Positions 1 to 8,677 of a stretch of DNA of 64,000 nt are shown piece after piece; positions within the stretch are counted from its first letter, which is position 1, and each line of letters begins with the position of its first letter. Position numbers and translations under genes: made by a program. The stretch is from IMG/VR virus record IMGVR_UViG_3300043442_000948; one strand, given 5' to 3'. This stretch comes from an uncultured virus (IMG/VR IMGVR_UViG_3300043442_000948). Its lineage: Duplodnaviria; Heunggongvirae; Uroviricota; Caudoviricetes. The notes beneath the pieces are model-generated. The model was not told where the DNA came from and made no database searches. It saw only the letters and a list, made by a program, of their open reading frames with translations.

Positions 1-120
1 GCAGTCGTGGATGGCGCGGCGGAAGGAGTCCTTAAAGATTTCGATGTCGAAGTAGTAACCGAAGACTTTGACATAGATGCAGCGGTAGTAGCGGTTGCCA
101 TAGTTAGGTATTTTCACACC

Positions 121-480
121 CTACCCCCGGTCGTTCTCGACCAACTCGTAGTTGATGATGCGGTAGTATTCGTCTAATTCAAGAGCGCCGTTGCCGTCCA
201 CGATATCCATAAACTCGTCGTAGGTCAAGTACTCGTAGATATAGGAGTCTGGGATTCCGAAGCTGTCGGCGTCGCAGTCTTTTTCTTCGTGGTAGTCCCC
301 GAAGCTGATGTATACGTTCATTAAATTGCCAGCTTCATCTGCGCAAAGTACCTCTGCGCCGCGGTACTTAGGGACTTCTGCGATTACTTCCCCGCAAGAG
401 CAGACAATCTTAATGCTTTCTTCTGTGTTGAGGAAGACTGGGACATGGCCTAGGTGGGCTCTTAATTCTTTGTAGTTCAC
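121..480 (-). CDS. Hypothetical phage protein with CxCG motif; tandem paralogue of 477-845
   Basis: Shares MNYKxL.HL.H, CSCGE, VPKYRGA, YISFG and DSFGIPDS with the adjacent ORF. Confidence 0.8.
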   Translation of the reverse strand: MNYKELRAHLGHVPVFLNTEESIKIVCSCGEVIAEVPKYRGAEVLCADEAGNLMNVYISFGDYHEEKDCDADSFGIPDSYIYEYLTYDEFMDIVDGNGALELDEYYRIINYELVENDRG

Positions 481-845
481 AAATAGTCCTCTAAGTAGGC
501 ATCATTTTCTACTAGGGTAAATCTGAAGATAGTGTGGTATTCGTCGAGCGTTCGGCTGCCTGCGGCTAGCGCAAGGAAGCTTCCATACCCTATGTAATCG
601 AAAATACCCGAGTCTGGAATTCCGAAGCTGTCTCTGCCGCATGAAGGCACTGGAAACCCAAAGCTTATGTAGATGTCACTCCACATCTCTCCGTCTTTAT
701 CCAGGCAGGATACGAGAGCGCCGCGGTATTTAGGGACGCTATACAGTAACGTCTCCCCGCAAGAGCAATGGAATTTTATATAACCTGCGTCGTCCACTGG
801 AATTAGAGAGTGCTCTAGGTGGGGCTTTAGGTCTTTGTAGTTCAT
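477..845 (-). CDS. Hypothetical phage protein, paralogue of 121-480
   Basis: Start moved to ATG at 845 (MNYKDLK) to match the paralogue and avoid a long overlap. Confidence 0.8.
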   Translation of the reverse strand: MNYKDLKPHLEHSLIPVDDAGYIKFHCSCGETLLYSVPKYRGALVSCLDKDGEMWSDIYISFGFPVPSCGRDSFGIPDSGIFDYIGYGSFLALAAGSRTLDEYHTIFRFTLVENDAYLEDYL

Positions 846-1045
846 GCTTGCTCCTCGAAGCGTCCGTCTACGAACTCTAAATAGCTTCGTACCCACATCA
901 CCCCGTCTTTAAGCGCGACGTAGGTAACTAAGACTTCTTTGGTATCGACGTGGACACCGGTTGTGATGACTCGGTACAGCCCGCCGGTGCGGAGGTGCTT
1001 GAAGGTCTTCCCGATTAATTCTCTAGGGCTCATTGTTTTAGTCAT
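842..1045 (-). CDS. DUF1653-like small protein
   Basis: FKHLRTGGLYRVI...EVLVTY...MWVRSYLEF...RF pattern recalled for DUF1653. Confidence 0.7.
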   Translation of the reverse strand: MTKTMSPRELIGKTFKHLRTGGLYRVITTGVHVDTKEVLVTYVALKDGVMWVRSYLEFVDGRFEEQA

Positions 1046-1220
1046 CGGTATCGTCTTCCTCGATTAGAACGACGTCTATGTCTGGAGTGCTGGTGTATTC
1101 AGTGTGGGGTTGAAAGTAGTGGTAGATTAGGTCTTTTATCTCTTCTACGGCTTCTTCTTCGCTATCTGCGTCGACTTCGATGTTCATTTCTAGGCGGACT
1201 TGAGCGCTGTATTTAGACAT
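1038..1220 (-). CDS. Small acidic hypothetical protein
   Basis: IEVDADSEEEA motif common in small phage proteins; start taken at MSKYS. Confidence 0.6.
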   Translation of the reverse strand: MSKYSAQVRLEMNIEVDADSEEEAVEEIKDLIYHYFQPHTEYTSTPDIDVVLIEEDDTDD

Positions 1221-1248
1221 GACTGTTATGAATGATGGAGTATCGTAG

Positions 1249-1536
1249 TTAAAAGTGGCTATCAACGTACATCTTCCAGGCGTTAAGAACTGCGTAGGCC
1301 AGTTCCTTGTCGCTCATTTTTTCTAGCTCATCTTCGTTGTAGTAACCTTCGCCGGCCCGGTCAGCTTCGTATACACACCACTCTCTTTCTTCCGGTGTCA
1401 TGGGGCGTATATTATGCCCCGCGCTGTAGCGGCGTAGGGCGTGTTCTTCACGGTTGCAAACACACTGTTCTGCGGCTAGAGCAGGGGTAAAGGTGCAGCA
1501 CTGGAAGGGAATGTCTTCAAAGAGTGTTGTTGTCAT
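1249..1536 (-). CDS. Hypothetical protein
   Basis: ORF tiles the operon; start taken at MTTTLFED. Confidence 0.6.
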   Translation of the reverse strand: MTTTLFEDIPFQCCTFTPALAAEQCVCNREEHALRRYSAGHNIRPMTPEEREWCVYEADRAGEGYYNEDELEKMSDKELAYAVLNAWKMYVDSHF

Positions 1537-1879
1537 AGTCAAAATGTTCCTCAGCAAATTTCTCGCAGTTATCCATAGCCGCCCAGAACCGTCTGCATAG
1601 TTCTTCTTCGTCTCCACGGTCGCAGCCTTCAAGGTTGACTTCTTCGGTGTATTCGGCATCGCTCCCTTCAACGATAGTACCTACAACAAGATGTACGGTT
1701 TCATCTTCTATGACACGTACCCACGCACCGCAGTCTGTTCCTTTATAGACGGCCTTCTCCAAGCGTTCTAGAAGGTTACTTTTATCTGTGGTATCCATCC
1801 CGAAGCCTTTGGCTAGAGTCTCGATTATCCATTCCTGGTAGCGTTCGCTTTCTAAGGAGGAATAGTAGTTACTGCTCAT
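1517..1879 (-). CDS. Hypothetical protein
   Basis: ORF tiling; GTIVEGSDAE motif; start taken at MSSNYY. Confidence 0.6.
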   Translation of the reverse strand: MSSNYYSSLESERYQEWIIETLAKGFGMDTTDKSNLLERLEKAVYKGTDCGAWVRVIEDETVHLVVGTIVEGSDAEYTEEVNLEGCDRGDEEELCRRFWAAMDNCEKFAEEHFDYDNNTL

Positions 1880-2132
1880 GGAATACCACCTGGGCGCCGT
1901 CGCCAATGTCATTGTTAGCCCACACTTCAATACCATTATTGTCGATGGTCTTGAAGAAGATATAGACAGCGCCGCTGGGCATAGTCACGTACATTAAGTC
2001 TTCCTGCACGGCGGTGACTCGCCCTTCTGACCTGACAGTGCTACTACCGCAGCCACGCCAGCCGTTAGAAGTGAGTTCCGCGCCGATATAGTCTACCTCT
2101 ACGGTGACTTTTCGATTTAATATGTTGGTCAT
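1869..2132 (-). CDS. Hypothetical protein
   Basis: ORF tiling. Confidence 0.55.
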   Translation of the reverse strand: MTNILNRKVTVEVDYIGAELTSNGWRGCGSSTVRSEGRVTAVQEDLMYVTMPSGAVYIFFKTIDNNGIEVWANNDIGDGAQVVFHEQ

Positions 2133-2148
2133 GTTTTTAATTAGGTAA

Positions 2149-2571
2149 GTGAGTATGGCAGACCTTTATGAAAAGACCTACCACGCTGCGTTGGATTGGG
2201 CGAAGCGGCACTACCCCAACGCGAGTAAGTACCACGTCGCCGCCTTCGGTAACTCCGTTGTGTATCTAGTAACAGGGACGTCTACTTCGTTAGGTGGGGG
2301 ACCTTCTGTACGCGAACACCTCTGTAGCTGGAGTCTGATGGGGCCTAAAGGGCAGTGGGGTAAAGTCCAGACCGACAAAGGGGAGCTGACTGCTTTATTC
2401 CCGGATGGGTCAATAACCCCCGCTGGGAAATGGGAGTTCGATGCTGCCTGTGGCCACGCGGCGGTTATCTGCTTTGGGGAGCTGCCCCCAATAGCAAAGG
2501 TCATCTCTCAACAGGAGTTCTGCTTTGACGATGACCCAGCGGATAGGGACGCGCTATCGGAGATGGACTAG
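2149..2571 (+). CDS. Hypothetical protein on the opposite strand to its neighbours
   Basis: Fills the gap between minus-strand genes exactly; protein-like composition. Confidence 0.6.
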   Translation: MSMADLYEKTYHAALDWAKRHYPNASKYHVAAFGNSVVYLVTGTSTSLGGGPSVREHLCSWSLMGPKGQWGKVQTDKGELTALFPDGSITPAGKWEFDAACGHAAVICFGELPPIAKVISQQEFCFDDDPADRDALSEMD

Positions 2572-2810
2572 GATGTTCGTAGCTCTAAGTCTTCGATGTG
2601 GGTGATTTCAATTTGAGTAGGGAGCCCGTCAGTTCCATAGTGGACAATCACGCCTGGGGCTATTTCTTCACTCTCGACGACTTTACTGTCGGTGATGTCG
2701 AAGGTTGCTGCCTTGTCGGTGACATTAATCCACAGCTTTCTTAAAACAGAAGAGGCTGTGGGCTCAAATTCTTCAATAGCAGACATGTTGTCATGTTGTA
2801 GTGTTGTCAT
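2568..2810 (-). CDS. DUF2283-like small protein
   Basis: SEEIAPGVIVHYGTDGLPTQIEI resembles the DUF2283 pattern; true start may be ATG at 2786. Confidence 0.55.
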   Translation of the reverse strand: MTTLQHDNMSAIEEFEPTASSVLRKLWINVTDKAATFDITDSKVVESEEIAPGVIVHYGTDGLPTQIEITHIEDLELRTS

Positions 2811-2820
2811 GTTGTCATGT
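2784..2820. repeat. 8-bp tandem repeat CATGTTGT, about 4.6 copies
   Basis: catgttgt catgttgt agtgttgt catgttgt catgt read directly. Confidence 0.85.
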
Positions 2821-2909
2821 GCTCAAGTTTGCACGTCTAGTAATACGTTTTCAATAGGGTCTAGGGTGATGTGACACTCGAAGTAGTATGAAGTAGTTGG
2901 CTTTGTCAT

Positions 2910-3371
2910 CTAAAAGAAGGCTACCCAAGACGCGTAGCTGATATTACCGGCGTCAATTTGCTTTCTTCCTGGCGGTGTTGCGGTGATGACTCCGCTTACT
3001 AGATAAACCAATCCGTTGATGTCATCGTAGAGGCTGCCGTCAGCGTTGGAGTCATGGTAACAAAGTTCTAGGTTTAACTTGGTCTTGGAGTAGAAGTCTT
3101 CGCGGGCTCTCCCCCACGCGGCTACGAGTTCTTTTATTTTCTCTTTGATTAACTTGTCCAGCTCGTCATCGGTGAGTTGTTTGTTATCAATATCATCTAC
3201 TAGCACTTCTGCTAGGCTCTCTTCGTAGCCACGCTCAAGCGCTGTATAGAGAACTTCTTCATCGTGATTCGCTAGGTATTCCTGTAGAGTATCCCAGCCG
3301 TCTAGCTGTAGCGATTCCAACCATTTTGGTTCAGCCACCCAACCAGAGCTGGCTCCGTATCCCATTCCCAT
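2910..3371 (-). CDS. Hypothetical protein
   Basis: 153 aa ORF tiling the operon. Confidence 0.7.
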   Translation of the reverse strand: MGMGYGASSGWVAEPKWLESLQLDGWDTLQEYLANHDEEVLYTALERGYEESLAEVLVDDIDNKQLTDDELDKLIKEKIKELVAAWGRAREDFYSKTKLNLELCYHDSNADGSLYDDINGLVYLVSGVITATPPGRKQIDAGNISYASWVAFF

Positions 3372-3376
3372 AGTTA

Positions 3377-3781
3377 TTACTCCACTTTAATGGTTTCTCC
3401 AATACGTTCAATCATTTCATAGTGGTAAGTCTCTGCTTCAATCTTGAAGGGATAGAAGGTAATCGTACAGCGGCAGCCGCCGCCGTCGTTAACTTCATAG
3501 CCGGGGTTTAAAGCGCTTGTGCTATACCAGCCATAGTATCGAATGGCGTTCCATGTGCTTGTAGTCAGTTGAGGGCGGAGATTATCGGGGTATACTTCAA
3601 TCTCAACGTCTTCACCGCTGTCTCCACTACCCCAGGTGTTTAGTCGAAGTTCCGTCACGCCAATGTGGTAACACTGACGTAACGCTGCTTTAATATTTTC
3701 TCTTTCTTCTTTACACCGGTCGGGGATGATTTCTTTCAGGTGTTCTTCAAAGGCGGGCGGGAAGGTCAGTTCATCTTTCAT
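3377..3781 (-). CDS. DUF6878-like protein, paralogue of 3813-4211
   Basis: GSGDSG and GYEVNDGGG motifs; shared ELTFPPAFEEHL N-terminus. Confidence 0.7.
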   Translation of the reverse strand: MKDELTFPPAFEEHLKEIIPDRCKEERENIKAALRQCYHIGVTELRLNTWGSGDSGEDVEIEVYPDNLRPQLTTSTWNAIRYYGWYSTSALNPGYEVNDGGGCRCTITFYPFKIEAETYHYEMIERIGETIKVE

Positions 3782-3812
3782 TTTTTTTCAAGTCCTACAA
3801 AGAAGTTAGTGT

Positions 3813-4211
3813 CTAGACCACCGTAAGGGTGTCTTGAATAGTTTCAACAATTTCATTTACGTAGGTCTCAGCTCTAACATTAAAGGGGGAGAAACTAATC
3901 GTGCAACGACAACCACCCCCTTCATTAATTTCGTAGCCGGGATTTAAGCTTTCAGCAAGCATCGACCCATATTCTTCTAAAGGGTCTCTTACTTCGGAGG
4001 GGATTTTGATGTATAACTTGCTAAGCTTTACTTCAATGTCTGTGCCGCCTCCTTCATCCCCATTACCGTAGGTGTTTAACTTTATCTCTTCAACACCAAG
4101 ACTATAACAAAACTGTATAGCCTCTTTGACTTCTTTAGGAGACATGTAAGACTCCAGCGTTTTGTTAAGGTGTTCTTCAAAGGCGGGCGGGAAGGTCAGT
4201 TCATTACTCAT
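3813..4211 (-). CDS. DUF6878-like protein, paralogue of 3377-3781
   Basis: GNGDEG and LNPGYEINEGGGCRCTI motifs; start at MSNELTF. Confidence 0.7.
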   Translation of the reverse strand: MSNELTFPPAFEEHLNKTLESYMSPKEVKEAIQFCYSLGVEEIKLNTYGNGDEGGGTDIEVKLSKLYIKIPSEVRDPLEEYGSMLAESLNPGYEINEGGGCRCTISFSPFNVRAETYVNEIVETIQDTLTVV

Positions 4212-4572
4212 GTGTAGCTCCGGTAGGTTCAAACTTGCTAAATAGCAATTTAGTGCGAGGGTTGCCCCACCGTGGGGCATCGAGGCAGTCCACCCAGTCC
4301 TGGAAGGATGGAACGAAGCCTAGGTCTTCCGTGATATGCTGCTCCCCTAGGTCTCTAGTAGGGACTTCCCGCCCCCAAGAATTCTTAATGGTAGGCCCGA
4401 AGCGTTTAACCATCGCTTCAATCCCGGCGGAGTGGTGATAAAGCATACGATGGCGTTTGTCGCAGCAGTGGTTGCGAGACTCATCAAACGCCATATGCAG
4501 CTCTAAATAGTCTTTAGGTACACCTCCATACTTCTTGGCGCTAGAGACGGCGTGGTAATAGGCGTTACTCAT
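4204..4572 (-). CDS. DUF6915-like His-rich phage protein
   Basis: HAVSSAKKYGG...DY..LH..FDES...HR.LYHH..GI...NS.GREVP...GEQH..EDLG.VPS..DW. Confidence 0.75.
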   Translation of the reverse strand: MSNAYYHAVSSAKKYGGVPKDYLELHMAFDESRNHCCDKRHRMLYHHSAGIEAMVKRFGPTIKNSWGREVPTRDLGEQHITEDLGFVPSFQDWVDCLDAPRWGNPRTKLLFSKFEPTGATHE

Positions 4573-4855
4573 GGTCTTCGTGGACTAAGCTTAACCGGAT
4601 ATCATCTGCGCCATGGAGCTCGTCTGCTTTGACTGACCACTCCTTCATCCCGTTGGGGGATTGGTGGAGATAGAAAGTAAAGCGGCGGGGGTCTTCTCCG
4701 TGTTCTTCAACAACGACGACTTTACCGTTACTGAAGTCAACTACGCGGACGGGGATGGAAAAGATGCTTTCGTAGCCACCGCTGACGTAATCCCAGTCAG
4801 CGTAGATTAGGTGGACGGTGGCATGAAGCTTACTCAAATCAATTGTAGTTACCAT
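4565..4855 (-). CDS. Hypothetical protein
   Basis: ORF tiling; downstream of a promoter-like motif. Confidence 0.6.
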   Translation of the reverse strand: MVTTIDLSKLHATVHLIYADWDYVSGGYESIFSIPVRVVDFSNGKVVVVEEHGEDPRRFTFYLHQSPNGMKEWSVKADELHGADDIRLSLVHEDHE

Positions 4856-4858
4856 AGT

Positions 4859-5218
4859 TTAAAAGTCTTGTAAAGGTTCTTCTTCTGCTTGCTCTTTGCT
4901 TTTTTCTGTCGCTTCGCCGCAAAGGAAGTCTAATACTCCGTCTGAGAAGCCCACTTTAGTTAGCTGGAAGTATTGTTCTAGGAGCCGCCGCATAGAGGCT
5001 TTATCCTTTTCCTTTAACGGGTCGGTTAGGACGTTAATGATTTCTTCTGGGCCTACCTGTGCTATGGCGGCTTCAATCTCTTCTTTGCTGTGCCCTAAGG
5101 CTTTGATAAGACACATTAGCTGGGCGCTCAGCACCATATTCAGCAGAGCGTCTTCGTAGTAAGCAGTCTCCACCGCCTTCTGTTGGTGGCGGGCAGCAGT
5201 CAAGGTTTGTTTCTTCAT
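4859..5218 (-). CDS. Hypothetical protein
   Basis: ORF tiling. Confidence 0.6.
   Translation of the reverse strand: MKKQTLTAARHQQKAVETAYYEDALLNMVLSAQLMCLIKALGHSKEEIEAAIAQVGPEEIINVLTDPLKEKDKASMRRLLEQYFQLTKVGFSDGVLDFLCGEATEKSKEQAEEEPLQDF
4887..4915 (-). promoter_or_regulatory. Repeated 29-bp promoter-like motif, copy 1
   Basis: Minus strand GAAGCGACAGAAAAAAGCAAAGAGCAAGC, about 30 nt upstream of ATG 4855. Confidence 0.55.
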
Positions 5219-5403
5219 TGTTGGTTAGTATCTTTCAGTAATTGAATAACTTCATCTAGCTTGTCAGCACAAGCATTGACGTCGCTACGCAGCCGTCCAA
5301 GTTCTTCGTGGATGTCTTGGTGGTGGAAGCGTAGGGGTACCTGCAGGAGTTTCTTAATTAGCTTCTTCTTCATCTTGGCAGTGACGTTTGAATGCTTTAA
5401 CAA
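5215..5403 (-). CDS. Small coiled-coil hypothetical protein
   Basis: ORF tiling; start probably the internal ATG (MKKKL). Confidence 0.5.
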   Translation of the reverse strand: MLKHSNVTAKMKKKLIKKLLQVPLRFHHQDIHEELGRLRSDVNACADKLDEVIQLLKDTNQQ

Positions 5404-5662
5404 TTAGTTTTTGATGCTTGACTTCCGTCAACTTAAAGATGCGGATGTCGCCGCGCTCTAAAGCAGCTAAGTCTTGCGGGTCTAGAGCATAAAATGCCTG
5501 CTTTAGGTTTGGGTAGGTTGTGCCTTCTTCCCCTAATACATAGTATTGAGGGTAAGTTTGAAACAACTTACTGCCATATAGCGGGCCGTTGTTCACAGCT
5601 ACGACAACAAACTTAGCGTCTTCTTCGTTATATTGAGACTGTAATTTATCTGTTTCCATCAT
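5354..5662 (-). CDS. Hypothetical protein
   Basis: ORF tiling. Confidence 0.55.
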   Translation of the reverse strand: MMETDKLQSQYNEEDAKFVVVAVNNGPLYGSKLFQTYPQYYVLGEEGTTYPNLKQAFYALDPQDLAALERGDIRIFKLTEVKHQKLIVKAFKRHCQDEEEAN

Positions 5663-5957
5663 GGGTCACAAGGTTAAAGTAAGTGCAGTTCCTCTTGAAG
5701 GCTCGGAGATTGCCCAAGGGTTTGATGTTCATTTGTTTGTGGACGACCAGCCTTTTGAAGCTACGAAGCTAACACTTGTAGCGGAAGCAGGCCGGGCGGT
5801 TGTCAAAGCTATTGTAGAGTTTGGGGTTAGCGAACTTGAATTCGATGGCTACCCTGAGACTACTTTCTTAGCGTTAGGTAGCACCTCTACTTTGACAGCT
5901 GAGGAGTATAAAAAGGCAGTGGAAGACCTCCGCCGAGCTGCTTTAGGTATAGAGTAG
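5661..5957 (+). CDS. Hypothetical protein on the opposite strand
   Basis: Fills the gap between minus-strand genes; beta-rich protein-like sequence. Confidence 0.6.
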   Translation: MGHKVKVSAVPLEGSEIAQGFDVHLFVDDQPFEATKLTLVAEAGRAVVKAIVEFGVSELEFDGYPETTFLALGSTSTLTAEEYKKAVEDLRRAALGIE

Positions 5958-5960
5958 TCA

Positions 5961-6254
5961 TCACTTATTTGGCTGCAGGGGGATGTCTGTCCTAAGTTTG
6001 CCTTCACATAAATACTTGATTTTGTGATTGTAATGGCAGCCAGGGCCGTTAAGCATTTCAAGAATCTTCTGGTCTGCTTCTTCTTTGGAATAAGCTTCTA
6101 CTGAGTAGAGTGCTGGCTTTGATGTTTGTTGGACAGCTACCAGGTAGTTGTACTGCTTCTTAGCTAATGGCTCCGGGTCTACGCCGTCGTATAGCAACTT
6201 GAAGTTTTCGCGCATTGCGGCTTCTCTGTTTATTCCCATCGTTTTTGTCTCCAT
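5961..6254 (-). CDS. Hypothetical protein
   Basis: VEAYSKEEA motif; start taken at METKTM. Confidence 0.55.
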   Translation of the reverse strand: METKTMGINREAAMRENFKLLYDGVDPEPLAKKQYNYLVAVQQTSKPALYSVEAYSKEEADQKILEMLNGPGCHYNHKIKYLCEGKLRTDIPLQPNK

Positions 6255-6526
6255 ACATCTGTAATAGTTTGCTGGTGGTACCACTCCCAAATTGGTCGGC
6301 TGAAGTAGTAATGCCAGTCCAACTCAAAGCAGTAGCGGTCGTTCCGAATGGTTAGTGCTAAGTAGGCAGGTTCATTTAGCCAGCTTTCAAACCAGCTGAT
6401 GTTAAGGTAAACTCGACCAATCCGTAGCTGCGTCCAGGTGAAGCGGTTCATAAAGGTCAGGAACCCGAGCTTTAGAGTTATATGACCTTCGTTACTTACC
6501 TTCAGGTAGCGTTTAGCTTTACTCAC
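6230..6526 (-). CDS. Hypothetical aromatic-rich protein
   Basis: ORF tiling. Confidence 0.5.
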   Translation of the reverse strand: MSKAKRYLKVSNEGHITLKLGFLTFMNRFTWTQLRIGRVYLNISWFESWLNEPAYLALTIRNDRYCFELDWHYYFSRPIWEWYHQQTITDVWRQKRWE

Positions 6527-6836
6527 CGGCGTACTCCTGGGCGCTGCCTTCGCCGTAGTCCCACTCGTCTTTATAATGACCGAAGTTTTTGGGCTCTGGT
6601 CGGTACCGGGCTACCACAAACCCCCCAGACTCCGTCCTGAATAGGACTTCGTTTTCAGTGCGGCTGCCGCGGGCGTACTCTTCTAAGCCTGCTTCTGCCA
6701 GTAAGGTGACGACGCTGTAAGCAGTCTTTCCTAAGAATTCTCCCCGCAGCAGCCAGTTGTAAGGTTTGGGGGAGCCGGGTAGCCCATTGGGGAAGTGGAC
6801 AAGTTGTTTACCGTTGGCTAAGTTAATCGTTTCCAT
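6519..6836 (-). CDS. Hypothetical protein
   Basis: ORF tiling. Confidence 0.6.
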   Translation of the reverse strand: METINLANGKQLVHFPNGLPGSPKPYNWLLRGEFLGKTAYSVVTLLAEAGLEEYARGSRTENEVLFRTESGGFVVARYRPEPKNFGHYKDEWDYGEGSAQEYAGE

Positions 6837-7257
6837 CTTCGTGTTCCTCCAGTTTTTGTAGTAGGTCTTTTACGTTACCTACCCACGCCCAAATCTCTTC
6901 GTCGCTGTGCTTTAGATGAACGACAGCTTTGAGGTCACCGTCGTTGTAGACTATCAACGACGCGCCGCTTACTGAGTATTCTGGCTCCAATTCTACAAGT
7001 GGAAATAGAATATCTTCTGACTTTTCAAATACTTCATCTTCGTTAATACTTAATAGTTCGCACCAAATACCGTACAGGTTTTCGGCCTTGAAGTATCCCA
7101 CTCCTTCCAGGAATTGAGCCGTCATCTGGGCTGTCTCTAAGGTGCCTTTGGTAAGATTACATCGAATGTAATCGGGGGTAGAAGCCCACTCGATGTTGCT
7201 GCGGGCAACGGTGGTCACGACAACAGTGTTGTCTTTGATTTCGTAGAATTGTTCCAT
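6823..7257 (-). CDS. Hypothetical protein
   Basis: ORF tiling; downstream of a promoter-like motif. Confidence 0.65.
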   Translation of the reverse strand: MEQFYEIKDNTVVVTTVARSNIEWASTPDYIRCNLTKGTLETAQMTAQFLEGVGYFKAENLYGIWCELLSINEDEVFEKSEDILFPLVELEPEYSVSGASLIVYNDGDLKAVVHLKHSDEEIWAWVGNVKDLLQKLEEHEDGND

Positions 7258-7285
7258 GGTTTTTCTTTAAAAGGTTTAATAGTTT

Positions 7286-7314
7286 GCTTTCTTTTTGCTT
7301 TTTTCTGTCGCTTC
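7286..7314 (-). promoter_or_regulatory. Repeated 29-bp promoter-like motif, copy 2
   Basis: Minus strand GAAGCGACAGAAAAAAGCAAAAAGAAAGC; intergenic, just after a terminator. Confidence 0.6.
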
Positions 7315-7319
7315 AATAG

Positions 7320-7346
7320 AAAAAGCTGCCTACCGAAGCAGGCAGC
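7320..7346 (-). terminator. Rho-independent terminator
   Basis: GCTGCCTGC-TTCG-GTAGGCAGC followed by a T-tract on the minus strand. Confidence 0.85.
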
Positions 7347-7361
7347 GCTGACCATCTTATC

Positions 7362-7390
7362 CGCCGATACAACCCCTCGGACGCGGGGTA
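7362..7390 (-). ncRNA. Putative H-type pseudoknot RNA element, copy 1
   Basis: TACCCCGCGTCCGAGGGGTTGTATCGGCG; near-identical copy at 8678-8706 with a compensatory pair change. Confidence 0.4.
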
Positions 7391-7395
7391 GCTTG

Positions 7396-8610
7396 TTAAG
7401 CCGCTTGGGCGCTGGAGTCGTGCTGTTCTACGTCAGTGTCCACTACAGTTATAAGACCGTAGTCTTCCTTGGGTTGCTTTAGTAGCACAGTTAAGTGCTC
7501 TACAACAACTCCTGCTTCTTCCTTACTAAAGGAAGTAGCCCTCTCCACAGTACTTGTGTAGGTTATCCCTGTGTTAGGGTCAAGCCGCACGTAGGCACGT
7601 TCGTTCTTAACGATTACATACCGAATCGGGTAGTAAGCAAAGTCGTAGCTCTGATTTCCGTTGTACTTAGCTAGGAAGTCGCGGAGGAAGATTGCTTCTT
7701 CTAGACTTACGACTTCTATTTCATCATACTTAGTAGTGAAGCTCACCTCCCCTGAGCGGAAGCTAGCGTAGGTATGGATTACTTCACTGTCTTCCTGTAG
7801 CTCCAGTCGGCAAAGGAAGTAATCTTTGCTGACGTCTGGGTCTTTGACCCGATGGAGGGGTATTACATTGGACGCAGTAAGTTCCTCCTCCTCCTCTTCT
7901 TCTTCTTCTTCCACTTCGTCTTCTACCGATTGAAACAGTTTAGCCGCGGTTGCCAGTCGAGCTTCTTTTTCAAGTCGGTCTGTAATCCACTTGATTTCTT
8001 TCTCTAGTCTGGCTAGAGGCATACTAGCCTGGGAGTGTCCCCTCTTCGTTAGCTCCAGCTGGATGATGGCATACCATTCCCGTAGGCTGTAAGGTGCCTG
8101 AGCGTGTACACATCCAGGGTGGTCTATGGCATTTCCGATAACGTCCTTCAACGTCACGATTCCAACGTTGGAGTAGTCCTTAACCGCCCGCTCTAGGTTC
8201 TTCGAGTTCCGCCAAGTAGCGTTACACAGCACTACATAAGCAGGGATTAGCCGGTCTGGTAGGTTACCGTACTCAGAAGTAGTTCCGTCAATTAAAGGAG
8301 CGTGCTTTTGGTATAACTGCATAAGTCGAGTCAATAGAGCATTTTTATCTAGTTTGTGGTTGTTCTGCTTGCCGGATAGGTGTAACAGCAGCAGGTCTAA
8401 CCATTCTCTTTTCGTGAAGTATCCTTGTCTTTCTAATACTTCTTCGTTACCTACAGTAAAGTCCCTTACCCGTAAGTAAGCGTACCGAATGTGAGTAGCG
8501 TTCATTTCACCTAGGCGGACTGGTTTTAAGTCGCCAGCGGGCTTCCACTCAATATGAGCGGTCAACTCTCTTAACTTCTCTAGAGTTAGGGTTTTTTCCA
8601 AGGTAGTCAT
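7396..8610 (-). CDS. Hypothetical 404 aa protein with a poly-Glu linker
   Basis: Long ORF; internally repeated REW..(L/I)..L motif; flanked by two related ~75 bp elements. Confidence 0.8.
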   Translation of the reverse strand: MTTLEKTLTLEKLRELTAHIEWKPAGDLKPVRLGEMNATHIRYAYLRVRDFTVGNEEVLERQGYFTKREWLDLLLLHLSGKQNNHKLDKNALLTRLMQLYQKHAPLIDGTTSEYGNLPDRLIPAYVVLCNATWRNSKNLERAVKDYSNVGIVTLKDVIGNAIDHPGCVHAQAPYSLREWYAIIQLELTKRGHSQASMPLARLEKEIKWITDRLEKEARLATAAKLFQSVEDEVEEEEEEEEEELTASNVIPLHRVKDPDVSKDYFLCRLELQEDSEVIHTYASFRSGEVSFTTKYDEIEVVSLEEAIFLRDFLAKYNGNQSYDFAYYPIRYVIVKNERAYVRLDPNTGITYTSTVERATSFSKEEAGVVVEHLTVLLKQPKEDYGLITVVDTDVEQHDSSAQAA

Positions 8611-8630
8611 GTCTGAATCCCTGCATTAAT

Positions 8631-8659
8631 AAAAAAGGCTGCCCGCCGAAGCAGGCAGC
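8631..8659 (-). terminator. Rho-independent terminator
   Basis: GCTGCCTGC-TTCG-GCGGGCAGC-CTTTTTT on the minus strand; near copy of 7320-7346. Confidence 0.85.
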
Positions 8660-8677
8660 ATAGTTAATCTACTGTCA

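Noticed and set aside
7884..7925. (TCC/TCT)n trinucleotide run
   Set aside because: Simply encodes the poly-Glu linker of 7396-8610
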